Assembly (NCBI RefSeq): GCF_006345805.1
Contig: NC_043006.1
Span: 5,146,001 to 5,210,000, forward strand
Length of the DNA: 64,000 nt
Origin: Octopus sinensis
Taxonomy: Eukaryota
Reading direction: 5' to 3'
Shown here: piece after piece, positions 1 through 12,494 of the stretch
Numbering within the stretch: position 1 is the stretch's first letter
Layout: each line of letters opens with the position of its first letter
Translations under genes and position numbers: made by a program
Notes under the pieces: model-generated
The model's input: only the letters and a program-made list of their open reading frames with translations
Told to the model about the DNA's origin: nothing
Database searches by the model: none

Positions 1-45
1 GTATTTTCTTTTACCCAAAGCCAGGAACTTTTCAGCACCTCTTCG
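1..45 (-). mobile_element. Probable mariner-type terminal inverted repeat; element continues beyond the window start
   Basis: Minus strand reads CGAAGAGGTGCTGAAAAGTTCCTGGCTTTGG, resembling mariner TIRs (TACGAGGGG...AAAAGTT). Only one end is visible. Confidence 0.4.
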
Positions 46-249
46 CAGCATCTAATGCAGCCTCTTGGTTCTCAGTAACGTCTCTAAAATAAACCCTTGC
101 CATGGAGAGAGAGTTTGATTCATTCGATTGCAGCCTGTCCTGTTAAAATAAAAAAAGATTATGACCTTATAATAAAATCAGAAACGCTTGTTCTTTATAT
201 CGTTTGAGTTCAAAGCATGCAGGTTATTGCCTTTACTAATTTCAGGGCC

Positions 250-455
250 GATAAACAGACCTCCTCTTCCTCCATCAACTCCTCCTCGTCCTCTTCCTCC
301 TCGCCCTCTTCATCCTCCTCCTCCTCCTCCTCCTCTTCCTCCTCGCCCTCTTCATTCTCCTCCTCCTCCTCCTCCTCCCCCACTCCTCCACCTCCTCTCA
401 CTCCTCTTCCTCCCCCCACTCCTCCTCCACCTCCTCATCTTCCCTATTCCTCCTT
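250..455. repeat. (TCC)n-rich pyrimidine low-complexity tract
   Basis: Direct reading; it explains the Pro/Ser/Glu-rich ORFs at 188-522. Confidence 0.95.
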
Positions 456-619
456 CTGTAGTGATATAAACTTACAGTATACGTTTCTAACTTTGTTACA
501 AGGTCAGAAGCTTCTTTTTTAAAGGAGAGTGGTCTTTTTATAATACGTGATATGTAATGTGTGAGTGGTAATATAAATGACTTTTATTGTCTTTACCTGT
601 TTTTTTTCCGATTTGCCTA

Positions 620-697
620 TACATATATACATGCATACATACATACATACATACATACATACATACATACATACATACATACATACATACATACATA
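620..697. repeat. (CATA)n microsatellite
   Basis: Direct reading. Confidence 0.97.
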
Positions 698-764
698 GAT
701 CGTTAGCCACTACACACATTTTTTTCCTCTCCTTGTTTCTCTCCTTGTTTTTTTTTCTGTGTCC

Positions 765-890
765 CTTTCTGTAGGAGAGCGTAGGCTCGAAACGTAAAAG
801 ACTTTCTATTCCTGAGCGTTATACTAATACATCTGTTTGTTTTGTACACCACCTGTCTTCGTCTTTTGTTTTTTTCGTAAACTCTCCCTA
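765..890 (+). mobile_element. Short interspersed repeat, probably Penelope-like terminal-repeat derived; second copy inverted at 23336-23453
   Basis: About 120 bp match in reverse complement to 23336-23453. Starts with a hammerhead-like motif CTGTAGGA-GAGC-GTAG-GCTC-GAAACGTA. Confidence 0.55.
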
Positions 891-932
891 CATACATACA
901 TGCGCATACACACACCGAGACACACATATATT

Positions 933-975
933 CGTTGTGCAAGGAGCCGTAGTGCAAAGAGCCGTTGTGCAAGGG
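933..975. repeat. Three tandem 15-bp units (CGTTGTGCAAGGAGC-like)
   Basis: cgttgtgcaaggagc / cgtagtgcaaagagc / cgttgtgcaaggg. Confidence 0.85.
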
Positions 976-1317
976 GAATGGATTACCAAGATTGTCAGAA
1001 CGTTCGACAAAATATCCCGATCTTTACGTTCCGATTCCAAATCTTATTGAGGTCAACTTTGCCCTTTATCCGTGCAGGGTGGACAAAATAAAGAGTCAGT
1101 CAAATCACTTGGATTGATGGTATCTACTAACCCTTCTTCCCTCAAACATTACTGGCTCTGGGTCTAAATTAGAAACAGTGTCTATTATTTTATTTATCTA
1201 TTCATTAGTCCTCTTCATAACGAATTAGAAACCTCATATCCTCCTTCGAACATGTCTTACCAAAGTAAAATTGATTTGTCGACTAGTAGACAGTCTAGAT
1301 ATAACTATTATTAGATG

Positions 1318-1620
1318 GTATCCAACCAAAATGCAAATATATGGGAAACTACCACCTGTGTCATCTCTTGTGAAAGGTAGGAGAGTCCAGTTTGCTGGAC
1401 ATTGTTGTAGAGCTGAAAAAGAGGTAATTTCTACTCTTCTCCTCTGGAAGCCATCTACTCGCAGTACCAGAAGGCGCACACTCTCCTACCCTGATGTAAT
1501 CTCCAGGGATACAGGCATCCAGCAACAGGACCTCCGTAATGCCATGATGGACCGTGAAGTCTGGCGTAGCATGGTAAATTCCATTGTCTCGACCACGGTC
1601 GAACAATGATGATGATGATA
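1318..1620 (+). mobile_element. RTE-clade LINE 3' end, 5'-truncated, (TGA)n tail
   Basis: ORF 1271-1609 contains RRVQFAGHCCRA...RRRTLSYPDVISRDTG...AMMDREVWRSMV, typical of an RTE ORF2 C-terminus. Near-identical copy at 50040-50300. Confidence 0.8.
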
Positions 1621-1814
1621 GATTAAATGTATAAGTCTCTACATATGAAAATGTGCATTTCTGTTAATTCCGGTTCATCGACATAAACCTCGTTCATTCG
1701 GGAAGAAAAAGAAAACATATGCAGAAAGACTAGTGTACTCATTGCAGGAAAAATAGAAAGTAACTGCTCATACGAAGAAACTAGGAATATTTCCACAAAT
1801 ATATACATATATCA

Positions 1815-1843
<29 letters not shown>

Positions 1844-1845
<2 letters not shown>

Positions 1846-2235
1846 GAAAATTTGGACCTCAGAACTCTCTGCATTCAATAAAACAGTGACCCACAATGTG
1901 TTTGCAGTGTCAGTACTCATACTAACATTTAGGCTTCTTGATTGGACGCTTGATGAGATCCGAGCCATTGATGTGAAAACCCGAAAAATACTAACAGGCA
2001 CACATAATTTCCACATAGACATTGACGTAGACCGCCTCTACCTAAAACGTAAACAAGGCAGCATGATATTCCCTTCGGCAACATCTTTTAACCACCAAGC
2101 GTCGAAGTGCATCCATTGAACAAGTTTGCATACATGAGGCTGATAACACCATAAGACTTGGAAGGCAGCTCCTTGAGCAACACTCTTTGCCTGATAACCT
2201 AGAATACATGCCCAAAGAAGTTGCACAACATGTGT
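1844..2235 (+). mobile_element. R4/Dong-like (RLE-type) LINE remnant, end of RT domain
   Basis: AFNKTVTHNVFAVSVL..TFRLLDWTLDEIRAIDVKTRKIL..HNFH..IDVDRLYLKRKQG matches the R4/Dong post-RT motif (normally ending LYxxRxxGGRGL). Frameshifted afterwards. Confidence 0.75.
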
Positions 2236-2829
2236 ATGTATGCCTACACATGAATGAAAGAAAATTCTAACATTATACCACATGGTTCCGGGTTCAGTCT
2301 TACTGCGTGACACCTTGGGCTAGTGTCTTCTACTATATCCTCGGGCCGACCAAAGCCTTCCCAGTGGATTCGGTAAACGGAAACTGAAAGAAGCCTGTCG
2401 TATATGTGTGTATGTGTGTGTGCTTGTGTGCATGTCTGTGTGTGTGAATCTTTGTGTTTGTGTGTGTGTATAAAAAGCAAGCTTCCTTTATTTACCATTG
2501 TATCATAGATGGAAAGGTTCACGACTGTCTAATGATCCAAAAGTTGCATTGTTTCAGTTTTGCTTTTCTATAAATGACTTCTTCTTATGGATTACATTGA
2601 AAAAAAAAACCCGAAACACATAAAATATTCTTCATGGAAGTAATTGTATTAATAAGGATATATTTTTACATCAACATTAAATATTGGACTGACCAGCGGG
2701 ACATCCGGTCATAAATACGTTTTACTCTGTGTGTGTGCGTGTGTGTGCGTGTGTGTGCATGTTCATGTCTCTGCTTTAGAAAGACATAATTTGCAGGTAC
2801 TGATAGAATGTGTGTATCACAACGGAGAG

Positions 2830-2989
2830 AAGGTGCGAGGCTGTGTGGTAAGTAGCTTGCTTACCAACCTCATGGTTCCGAGTTCAGTCCCACTGCGTGG
2901 TACCTTGGGCAAGTGTTTTCTACTGTTGCCTCCGGCCGACCAAGGCCTTGCGAGTGGATTTGGTAGACGGAAACTGAAAGAGGCCCGTC

Positions 2990-3037
<48 letters not shown>

Positions 3038-3041
3038 TATA

Positions 3042-3081
<40 letters not shown>

Positions 3082-3806
3082 GTATGTACGTATATGTATG
3101 TATGTATGTATATGCATGTATATGTTAGTTAGTTAGTTAGTTAGTTAATTTGGCTCAAAAGCAAATAGCAAGGCCATGTAGGGGGACATGGAGTTAAGTA
3201 CAGGGTGGTATTCATGTAAAGAGTTCAGGCCACTTGAGATCAAGGGAGGCTTTGAACAAAGCGGTCGTCGGCATCTTCACCATCTCGTCTGGCAGCTTGT
3301 TCCACGGATCCGCAACTCGGACGGAGAAAGCTCCTCTCCTTCGATTGAGATGAAATCGTCGCAGGTAGAGCTTTTCGGAATGACCCCGCAGCCGACGCTC
3401 TGGAGCAGGAGTGAAGAACAGCTCTTTCGAGAGGTTACACTTTCCGCTTATGATGTTGTGGGCGAGAATGAGATCACCAAGGCGGCGGCGTTTTTCTACA
3501 TACATACCTATATATATATATGTATGTATATATATATGTATTTATATATATATGTATGCATGTTTGTATGTATGTATGTATGTATGTGTGTGTGTGTATG
3601 TTTGTGTGTCTGTGTTTGCTCCCCCCCCCACATCGCTTGACAACCGATACTGGTGTGTTTACGTCCCCTTAACTTCGGCAAAAGTGTGATAGAATAAGTA
3701 CTAGTCTTATAAAGAATAAGTCCTGGGATCGATTTGCTCGACTAAAGGCGGTGCTCCAGTATGGCCACAGTCAAATGACTGAAACAAGTAAAAGAGTAAA
3801 AGAGCA
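2830..3806 (+). mobile_element. tRNA/CORE-type SINE (OR2-like), split by a CR1 insertion in its microsatellite linker
   Basis: Head gctgtgtggtaagtagcttgc...ggttccgagttcagtccc, CORE-like ccttgggcaagtg, (TA)n linker, tail ending aagtaaaagagtaaaagag. Another partial head at 2280-2400. Confidence 0.85.
3125..3499 (-). mobile_element. CR1-clade LINE 3' end with (TAAC)n tail
   Basis: ORF 3212-3505(-): RRRLGDLI..HNII..LRGHSEKLY..F....R..FSVRVADPWNKLP..V....LFKASLD is the CR1 ORF2 C-terminus. Four further copies in the window. Confidence 0.92.
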
Positions 3807-3819
3807 ATAAGTATTTCAA

Positions 3820-4250
3820 GCACAAAGCCTGAAACTTGGGGATGCTAATAATCGAATACATTGGCTGCAGTACGTGGCTGGTACTTTATTTTATCGACCC
3901 CGGAAAGACGAAATGTAGAGTTGGCCTGGATGGGATTTGGACTCAGAGATGGGACTAGATACTGCATAATATTTTGTCCTATACTCAAACGATTCTGCCA
4001 GCCTACTGCACTGAAATATTATGTCATAATGGTTCTAATTTTGCTACAAAGCCACCAATTTTTAGGGGAGTGTGTTGGGTGATACCAGTGACATCAAAAT
4101 TTTACTGGGGCTGTATTTTATCGACCCCGAAATGATGGAAGGCAAAATTGCGGTTCACGGTATTTGAGCACAAAATGTAAAAAGCCGGAAAGAATAGCGC
4201 CAAGCATTCCTTTTGGCGCGCTAACGATTCTGCTAGCTCGCCACCTCAAG
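3820..4250 (-). mobile_element. Two adjacent diverged OK-like SINE copies
   Basis: Reverse-complement matches to ggcgagctggcagaatcgttag...tttcggggtcgataaaataaagtacc. Confidence 0.75.
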
Positions 4251-4450
4251 AGGTTTTAATGATAATAAAAGCAAATATTTTGAGCAATACAAATCGAAAG
4301 ACACTTTGAAAAGTAGTGGGAGGGGGTCAGAGACGAAATGAGAGTGAGGGAGACAGAAAAGGCTGAGGAGTAAAGCAGTAGAATAGTGTTGTTGTTGATG
4401 GGGAGAGAACTCACTTCTATTCGCTCGCTGTATATGTATTTGAGTGTGTT

Positions 4451-4503
<53 letters not shown>

Positions 4504-4692
4504 AATATAGGATAAAACTTTTCGAAAAAAAAATTTATCGATGGCCAGCATATTAAAAAATATCTTTAAAAGTTAAATTTATAAACAACTTATTAACAAG
4601 GGCGAAAGTTAATTATATGGTTGTTGACAATTTGTCTATTTTCGGCATATTTGGCATTAGAATTTTTTTCTTTCGCTCTTGTTTATAAGTTA

Positions 4693-4772
<80 letters not shown>

Positions 4773-5198
4773 CATATCCATACATTCGTCAACAAAATTT
4801 ACATACATGAATATATATACACAAAAACACACTCGTAAGCAAATGCTCAATTTATTATTCTTGTAATATTCTGTTTCAATTACGAGAACCAGAATCTGCC
4901 CATGAAATTCTGCAGCCGGTTTTGACCCTCGACAATAGATGCTTTTATTCTGCTTTGTCTTGTTAGATATTTTAACTGATCATAAATTTGCAGTCAAAAT
5001 AAACGGATTGATTCAAACTGATGTAAAATTGAAGTCATTTGAATTTATTAAAGTGTAAATTACAAATTTGCGTTTTCACATCTAAATTTCTCCGATATGA
5101 GATGGGGATTAGGCTAATAAACTTATATTAGAAAAATTTACATTTAGGTCTTTTATTATTTTTTGCATATTAAGTTATCCATCACTAATATATATATA

Positions 5199-6312
5199 CG
5201 AGGGGCGTTCAATAAGTAATGCTCCTGACCCACTTCCCATAGCAGTAGAGCAACGAAACTTGGCACAGTTATTAGTCTTTTTCTACATAGGAACCACCCA
5301 GAGTTACGCATTTCTCCCATTGTTTGATGCAGCTCTGGAGACCGTTTTTGTAGAAGACCCCAGCTTGGTCCTCCAACCTGAACGTGACTTCAGAAATCCA
5401 TGCTGCATCATCTGGGAGACGCTTTCCTTTCAAAAACAACTTCATGGCTGGGAAGAGGTGAAAATCAGAGGATGCAAGGTCAGGAAAGTAGGGGGATGGG
5501 GAAGGAGTTCATAGCCATACGCCTGTGCTTCTGATCTGGCGACAAGCGAGTTGTGGACCGGAGCGTTGTCCTGCAGGAGGAGGATGCCTTTGCTGATCTT
5601 GCCCCGCCTCTTGATTTTGATAACTTCTCTTAATTTCCTCAAAAGTGAAGCTCCTGCAATTGTAGTACCCTTTGCCAAGAAATCTGTCATCACTACTCCG
5701 TCCTGGTCCCAGAAGACTGTGAGCATGACCTTGCCAGCGGAGGGCTGCACCCTTGCCTTCTTTGGAGGGGGTGAGTCACGGTGCTGGGAATCCATCTGGC
5801 AGACACCTTTTGCATATGCAAATGGTCATGAATGATACTTTCCACAGACCCGGTACTAATCTTGACCTCATGGGCTATTTGGCGAATAGTTATGCGTCGA
5901 TCTTCCAAAATGGCAGCCTCAACTTGACGGACAGATGCCTCATCAATGGCAGAAGGGGCGACCAGATCTGGGAGCTGTTTCCACAGAGTTCCGAGCATGT
6001 TTGAATTCACGATGCCAGCGTTTTACAAGGTCATATGATGGGGCATCATCACCATAAGTTACTTTCATTTCATCAAAAGTCTCCCGTGGTGTGCGTCCTT
6101 TCAAATACAAAAACCGGATCACTGCTCGACATTCAACAGGCTCCATTTCACACTTGACTCGGTTCAAACACCTGTAAATCAGAAACCACAATTAATTCAG
6201 AGCTGTAATTTGCCACTTACTCTATAGAGATATAAATAATTGCACATACAAAATTTCAGCTAGATCAAACAACTGCAAGTGGGTCAGGGGCATTACTTAT
6301 TGAACGTCCCTC

Positions 6313-6313
<1 letters not shown>
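5199..6313 (-). mobile_element. Mariner (DD34D) transposon with both TIRs, internally deleted and frameshifted transposase
   Basis: 37-bp TIRs at 5199-5235 and 6277-6313 (2 mismatches), TA on both sides. Peptides: RAVIRFLYLKG...RSGRP, KVSARWIP, SAGKVMLTVFWD, LLQDNAPVH, LPHPP. Confidence 0.96.
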
Positions 6314-6399
<86 letters not shown>

Positions 6400-6799
6400 G
6401 ACACAAGTGCATGTATATGTGTGTATATGTATATGTACGTGTGTGTGTATGTATGTATGCATATGTGTGCTTGTGTGTGCGAGTGTATGTATATGTATGT
6501 AAGTGTGTGTATGTGGATAAGTGCGCGTGTGTGTTCGTGCGCGCATGCTTGAGTGCACAGGTGTATAGGTCTTCGATCTACAGACGAAAAAGTTTCGTGG
6601 CTTAACATATCGTTAAAGAAGAAAGGCACCAAAGAGAGACAGACAACCTACAATTGGTAAATGGGAACCTAGTTTAGGTTAATATATAATAGTTTTGTAG
6701 TACACTACAGATTAATAGCAACAGACTGATTGGTCAATCGAAGCCATCAAATGTACGTCAGTGACAGTTACTATTGACTACCGTAACGTACTTAATTTC

Positions 6800-7430
6800 T
6801 CAGTAAACATGATAGAACAGCTGAAATACCTGTTCACCCAAGAAAAGATAGATCCCTTACAGAATGGGAGAGAGCTCCAAATCAAATGATGGTGCGGTAA
6901 GACCGCATCCAGATCGTTGCAAGCGTTTTTGGGAAAGTCAGAGCAATTGCGGCAGAAGAGAAATACCAAAGACAGAGCCGTTGCCAAGAAACCATTACCA
7001 TTAGACCAAAGCATTTATACTTGCCTCAAGACGGCGGAGCTAATCGTTCAAGGATCAGTCTACGTGGCCACCTGAGCACTTACCGTTCTTTCTTATACTC
7101 TCTGGATAAGAGGAGCTGCTATTAAACATGATAAAGACCAAATTGACTCCTGCTTTGTTTAGTTAATTACTCACTTTAAATTCAAATACACAGTTATCTA
7201 TCTTCAAAAAATTGATAGCATTGTTTATGGATCCCAGGACAATACCTCACATGTCTTGCCTGTCTCGCCTGTCTCACCTGCCTTACCCTATTGTCGGCTG
7301 TGTACAGATTTGACTGGAATACAAGAGATCATGCGATAACTCGAAAGAAGAATCTAAAACCTAAGTGACGGCAGTTGTAATCTGCACCTATTAGACAAAA
7401 TAAATACACCACTTTATAGAAGTTCAGACG
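6800..7430 (+). mobile_element. Highly decayed Penelope-like element: GIY-YIG remnant followed by terminal-repeat-like region
   Basis: Translation QLKYLFTQEKIDPLQ...IK*WCGKTASRSLQAFLG..EQ.RQKRNTKDRAVAK resembles the PLE GIY-YIG pattern VYxIxCxCGxxYIGxTxRxLxxRxxEH...SAVA. Decayed hammerhead-like tract near 7400. Confidence 0.45.
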
Positions 7431-7948
7431 GATAACTTTTTTTGTGGTTTTATATCAATATAGTTGTTAAATATTTTAAAAGGTATTTTCAGTTACTTGA
7501 CGGCTGACAATCATATGTAGATAAATAACATATACGTCTTAAAAATATCAAAATATTTCTTCAAATTAAGTGTATAAAATTCGACCAAAATGTGTAACAT
7601 TACAGCATTTTATTAAGTGGATAGTAATATATTATTAACGTATTTATTTGAGGACCTTTGCATTGAAAACTGTCTTTAAAGAAATAGTTATTGCATTCAC
7701 TAAAATGAATACTTAAAAATAGTTAAACATAGTCTAAAACAATTCTAATCTTTTTAATTTCAAGATAAGATAAAATTCATAAACTGCTCAACAACCCAGG
7801 ACTGAGCACTTAACACGTTTAGACTTTTGGCATAGTTCTATACGTCCATCCTATACATACATACTTACATACTCACACACACACATACATGCATACACAC
7901 ATGCATACATACATACACACATGCATACATACATACATGCATGCATGC

Positions 7949-8003
<55 letters not shown>

Positions 8004-8165
8004 GTATATATGTATATATACACACTCACACACACAGCACACACATAAAGTGTATTCAAACGTTGATTGTTGTCGAAAGAATAAGGAAGAGCGAACTCAA
8101 TATACGTTGGTAAATATAGTTTATTTAGACAGAATTCCTTTCTGACGACTTGAGTTTACACGTAT

Positions 8166-8213
<48 letters not shown>

Positions 8214-8605
8214 TGTGTGTGCATGTTTGTGGACAGGCCATCGCGCGTGTGCGTGTGTGTATGTATGTGTGAGCACGCGCGTGTGGGGAAAGTAGCTTTG
8301 CACTTGAATGAGTACTTCATTAATATCTACAGCATCTAGAGGGCATTAGAAGTAGTCTAAAACAGATTGCAGTCTGTCCACCTTTCCGTAATTCTTGATG
8401 CTTGTTCCAAACTTCTAACAGAAGGTAAAAGATGTATATTTTCCTAACTGAAAAACTCTCCAAATTAACATATTCTGCAATAAAGAAGCCATCCATGCGC
8501 AATTATACAAAACATAAATGCAAAGAAAAATCGCGTATTTATTACCACACACGTGCCATAATATTTAGTCTCCCAAAGCGCACGCAGTCCGCATTCATAT
8601 ACTTC

Positions 8606-8646
<41 letters not shown>

Positions 8647-9944
8647 GCACGTAAGTATACACGTGCGCCCGCATACACACACGTATTTTACTAAACGTAG
8701 ATATATTTTTTATATCTTATAGTATATTAAATACTTGGCTATACATACACGCATACTATTCATATTATGTTTTTAAACAATTGCGATATATATTTAAGGT
8801 TTGCAATGAAAGACTACTACCCTGCCATATGTTTGGTGTTTATATTCAATCGTGTGTGATAGAGTCCATTGGAGCGAAGGGCGAATATGGCAAGTTCGCC
8901 TGATGGTTTCGACAACTGGTTTCTTAATAGCAATTAAAAAGGGAGCTGGGGGTAAATACATCATCCCCAAGTCTCCAAAGTAATCTGAGTTCCTATCTCA
9001 GATACGTGATTATTTTGTGTTCATTCTCTAACCTTACCAGTATTTCTGCAGTATTTATACATTCAGTGTTATTTGTATACTAAATAGCAAAAGCTGACTC
9101 TGAAAAGTTAGGTATTATTTGCAGACCCAGGAAATACTCCAGCTTCGAACAGATGCTGACCCTTACAAGTACCCTTCTTCACACGACTCCCATATCTGGG
9201 AAAATTAAGTTGCTGCCAAACTAACTTGGAGTGAATCGAGTGGAAGTTCAACTGGTTGATATATAAACCTCTCTTTCATAGGTTAGAAACACTGACCGGT
9301 TGAAATTACACAAATTGTATCTAAAAATTCTTAGTTTTGCATTTTTATACTTTTACTTAACACTCGCCTCACCTTTTATTCTTGAGTAGCCAAACTTCTT
9401 ATTAATCTCAAAGTTTCTCTCGCAGGTACCAAACAGGAGTCGTTGAAACTGAGCAATCATCAACGTAACCAGTCTAGGAGTACACAGACAAAAACTACGA
9501 GCAGTACTCAGTACATAGATAACATTATACAGTAGCAAGTATATAATTATTACACCAAAAATCACAACAGTTCTGAATTCACATTTCATTAATTTCATAT
9601 TCTAATTTTTGATTTTGAGGAATCATCACCATATGGCGGTGCCCCAGCATGGCCACAGCTCATAAGCTGAAACTAGAATCAATCAATCAATCATATTTAT
9701 ATCTTCCACTTATGATCCTAAGTATGATCGTGTGACACCAATCGCCTTAGTATTTGATAATATTTCCTCAGCTGTTACTAACAGTTGTCTGACACAACTT
9801 TTGAGAAAAGACGATAGTGTATTCTATCCCCTAAAATTTATTCCCCCTCTCCGAGCAACCCGCTAGATACCGACTTACCAACTTCACTTCTTATAAAGCA
9901 ATTGTGATGAAAGCGGTCATCAACAATCATCACATTTCAATCTC

Positions 9945-10360
9945 TTGTTCAGCAGTTATGAGGATGATACAAATGTATCATAGGCAGTCAAGGACCCTGA
10001 CATTGACTCGAATCTACAGAAATATACAAGTGGACTGAAGAAAACAACATGCAGTTGAATGCTGAGAAATTCCGAAACACCGTTGTTGATCCGCAAAAAG
10101 AATGAAATCAGAAAACTATAAAATTCATGAGCCGAGAATTCGCATGAATGGTGATGCCTCACTCTATGGAGAACAGTCCTTGTCAGCCGCCTGGATTGCT
10201 CCTCCCAATTACGGTCGCCACAAAGCGTGAAGCTAATTGCAGACCCGAGCCAAGCCACCAGAGCACACCAGGAAGACTGTCACGGTGCAAAAGATGAGCT
10301 ACTGGGAGAGGATAAATGAATGGAGACTCTCTTCAAAGACAGAAATGATGCGCCCTAACT
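9945..10360 (+). mobile_element. Decayed CR1-like LINE RT remnant
   Basis: Reads SYEDDTNVS (YADD-like), IYKWTEENNMQLNAEKF and TVQKMSYWER with stops and deletions. Confidence 0.75.
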
Positions 10361-10390
10361 ACACACACACATATGTAGTTGGGGCGCAAT

Positions 10391-10469
<79 letters not shown>

Positions 10470-10591
10470 AACACACACACATATATAGACACTCATATAT
10501 ATATATATGTCTGTGTAGGTGTGTATGAAACCATATATATATATGTCTGTATGTGTGCATGGTTTCACACACATAATCAGACATATACATA

Positions 10592-11000
10592 CAGGCGCAG
10601 GTATGACTGTATAGTGAGAAACTTGCTTCCCAACCACATGGATCTGGGTTCAGTCCCATCGCGTAGCGCCTTGCGTAAGTGTATTTTACTATAGCCATGG
10701 GCCAAGCAGAACCTCGTGAGTGGATTTGGTAGACAGAAACTGAAAGAAGCCCGCCGCATATATGTATATATATACATATGTCTATGTGTGCGTATTTTTG
10801 TGTTTGTGTTTGGCACCACTGTTTGACAACCGGTGTTGGTTCGTTTATATAACCGTAATCTAGCGGTTGGGCAAAAGAAAACCAATAGGCTTAAAAAATA
10901 AGTCCTGGGGTCGATTTGTTCGACTAAAACCCTTCAAGGTGGTGTTCCAGCATGAGTACATTCTGACTGCAAATGATTGAAACGAGTAAAAGAATAAAAG
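10592..11000 (+). mobile_element. OR2-like SINE, near full length
   Basis: Head, CORE, microsatellite linker and tail match the other copies. Confidence 0.85.
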
Positions 11001-11030
11001 TATATATATGTTTATATATATATATATATA

Positions 11031-11535
11031 CGAGGTGGAATCAAAAAGTTCGCGGACTAATTCCGTAGCGCACCAACAGATGGCAGTACACGGTTGAGTG
11101 CACAGTGAGAGCTAGCAGTGACCTTCATGGGGTAGTGTGCCGAGTGACATCGCTGTTTTACTTCGCAAGTTGTGAAATTTGTGGTTTTGTGATCACGTGT
11201 ATGCTGTCGTCCGCGATTTTGTCATAGAGAGGAAAAAAGAGCCACCGTGAAATTCCGCGTTAAACTTGGGAAGTCTGCTACGGCGTTGAGGCAATGGTTC
11301 GTACGCAATGTTTTGAGGGGCACGGGTTCTTCAAAAGCGAAAGAACGTCTCTAGAAGACGATGAGCGATCTGAAGCTCTGCCACGGGCGTCACCTCCGTC
11401 AATCGAGAGATTCTAGTCGGAGGTTTTGAATCTTTTGATGGAGAACATTCGGTGAGAGCGACAGGATCTGTGCAGTGCGAAGAATTGGATTCTTCACGAC
11501 GACAATGCACCCTGTCACCGAGCTCGCCTTACTCG
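11031..11535 (+). mobile_element. Second mariner family, heavily deleted remnant with left TIR only
   Basis: TA-CGAGGTGGAATCAAAAAGTT start. Fragments read KFRVKLGKSAT, RTSLEDDERS and WILHDDNAPCHRA (mariner DNAxxH motif). Confidence 0.75.
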
Positions 11536-12494
11536 GGAAATGAGTGTAGCATGAACGCTAATGGTGGTGCCCCAGCATGGTCACAACATTAGCCTGGAAA
11601 CAATAAAAGAAAAAAAAGAACAAACACACGCGGCACGCTCACACCCTTTTCTCGAATAGGAAACGACCCGCCTTTGTTTTAAGCATCAGCATCAGCCGTT
11701 CAAGAATTTGGACCTGGAGATCTCCATTTCCAGCGACTTCGAGGGCCACCTCCCAGTGGTGTCGGGCGTCAACGAAGAGCCCTCAACTACAACAAGACGA
11801 CCAAAGTTTTTTTGTCCAAGGTCTGGGGTCTCCCGCCCCTAAGCCCTAGACCATCACCTAATCACCCTTACCCGTCTTGTTGTTAGCAACAACAAATACA
11901 ACAGCAGCAGCGCTGTAAACTGGCGATTATTTCGTCGATTTCAGGTTTGCTTATAACTTGGCGAGAGATGAACCTACCTGTTAATTTCTACACATTCTCT
12001 TAATGCTAGAAACAACAACCTTGCTGAGTTATGCCCTTCCTGACGTAAAAAATGAAAATACAGATTGAATAATGTAGTCCTTGACGAGTCATGTCTGAAT
12101 AAATGGTTACTAGTGGTTGATATTGTCTCCACTCTTACCTCCTGCTACTTTAGGATTCTTGACTGCCTCGATGATGGCAATTGATTCTTATTGTTGTCGT
12201 TTAGTAAGAATTTTACAAGAAGAAAATATAAATTTTGAAATATAACAAATATAACTCATGAAGCATATTACTTTTAAGAGGTTTAGGCAAGTGTTACAGA
12301 ATTCTTTCCAATTGTACACGTTTCAGCAATTGTATTACAGTAATACGGAGACAATGGATTCAAGCATTTCAGTCGATTACATCGAACCGAGTAATTATTA
12401 TTCCAGTCTGCTTTGTAGTTCACCAATCTCTATTTGCTGACATACTAGGTACTAGATGCAGAGAGACGAGGTACCAGATACAAAGATACAAAGG

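Noticed and set aside
4510-5184. Possible TIR element (GGATAA...TTATCC, CTAATATA near both ends)
   Set aside because: The inverted match is only 6 bp and is not flush with the putative duplication.
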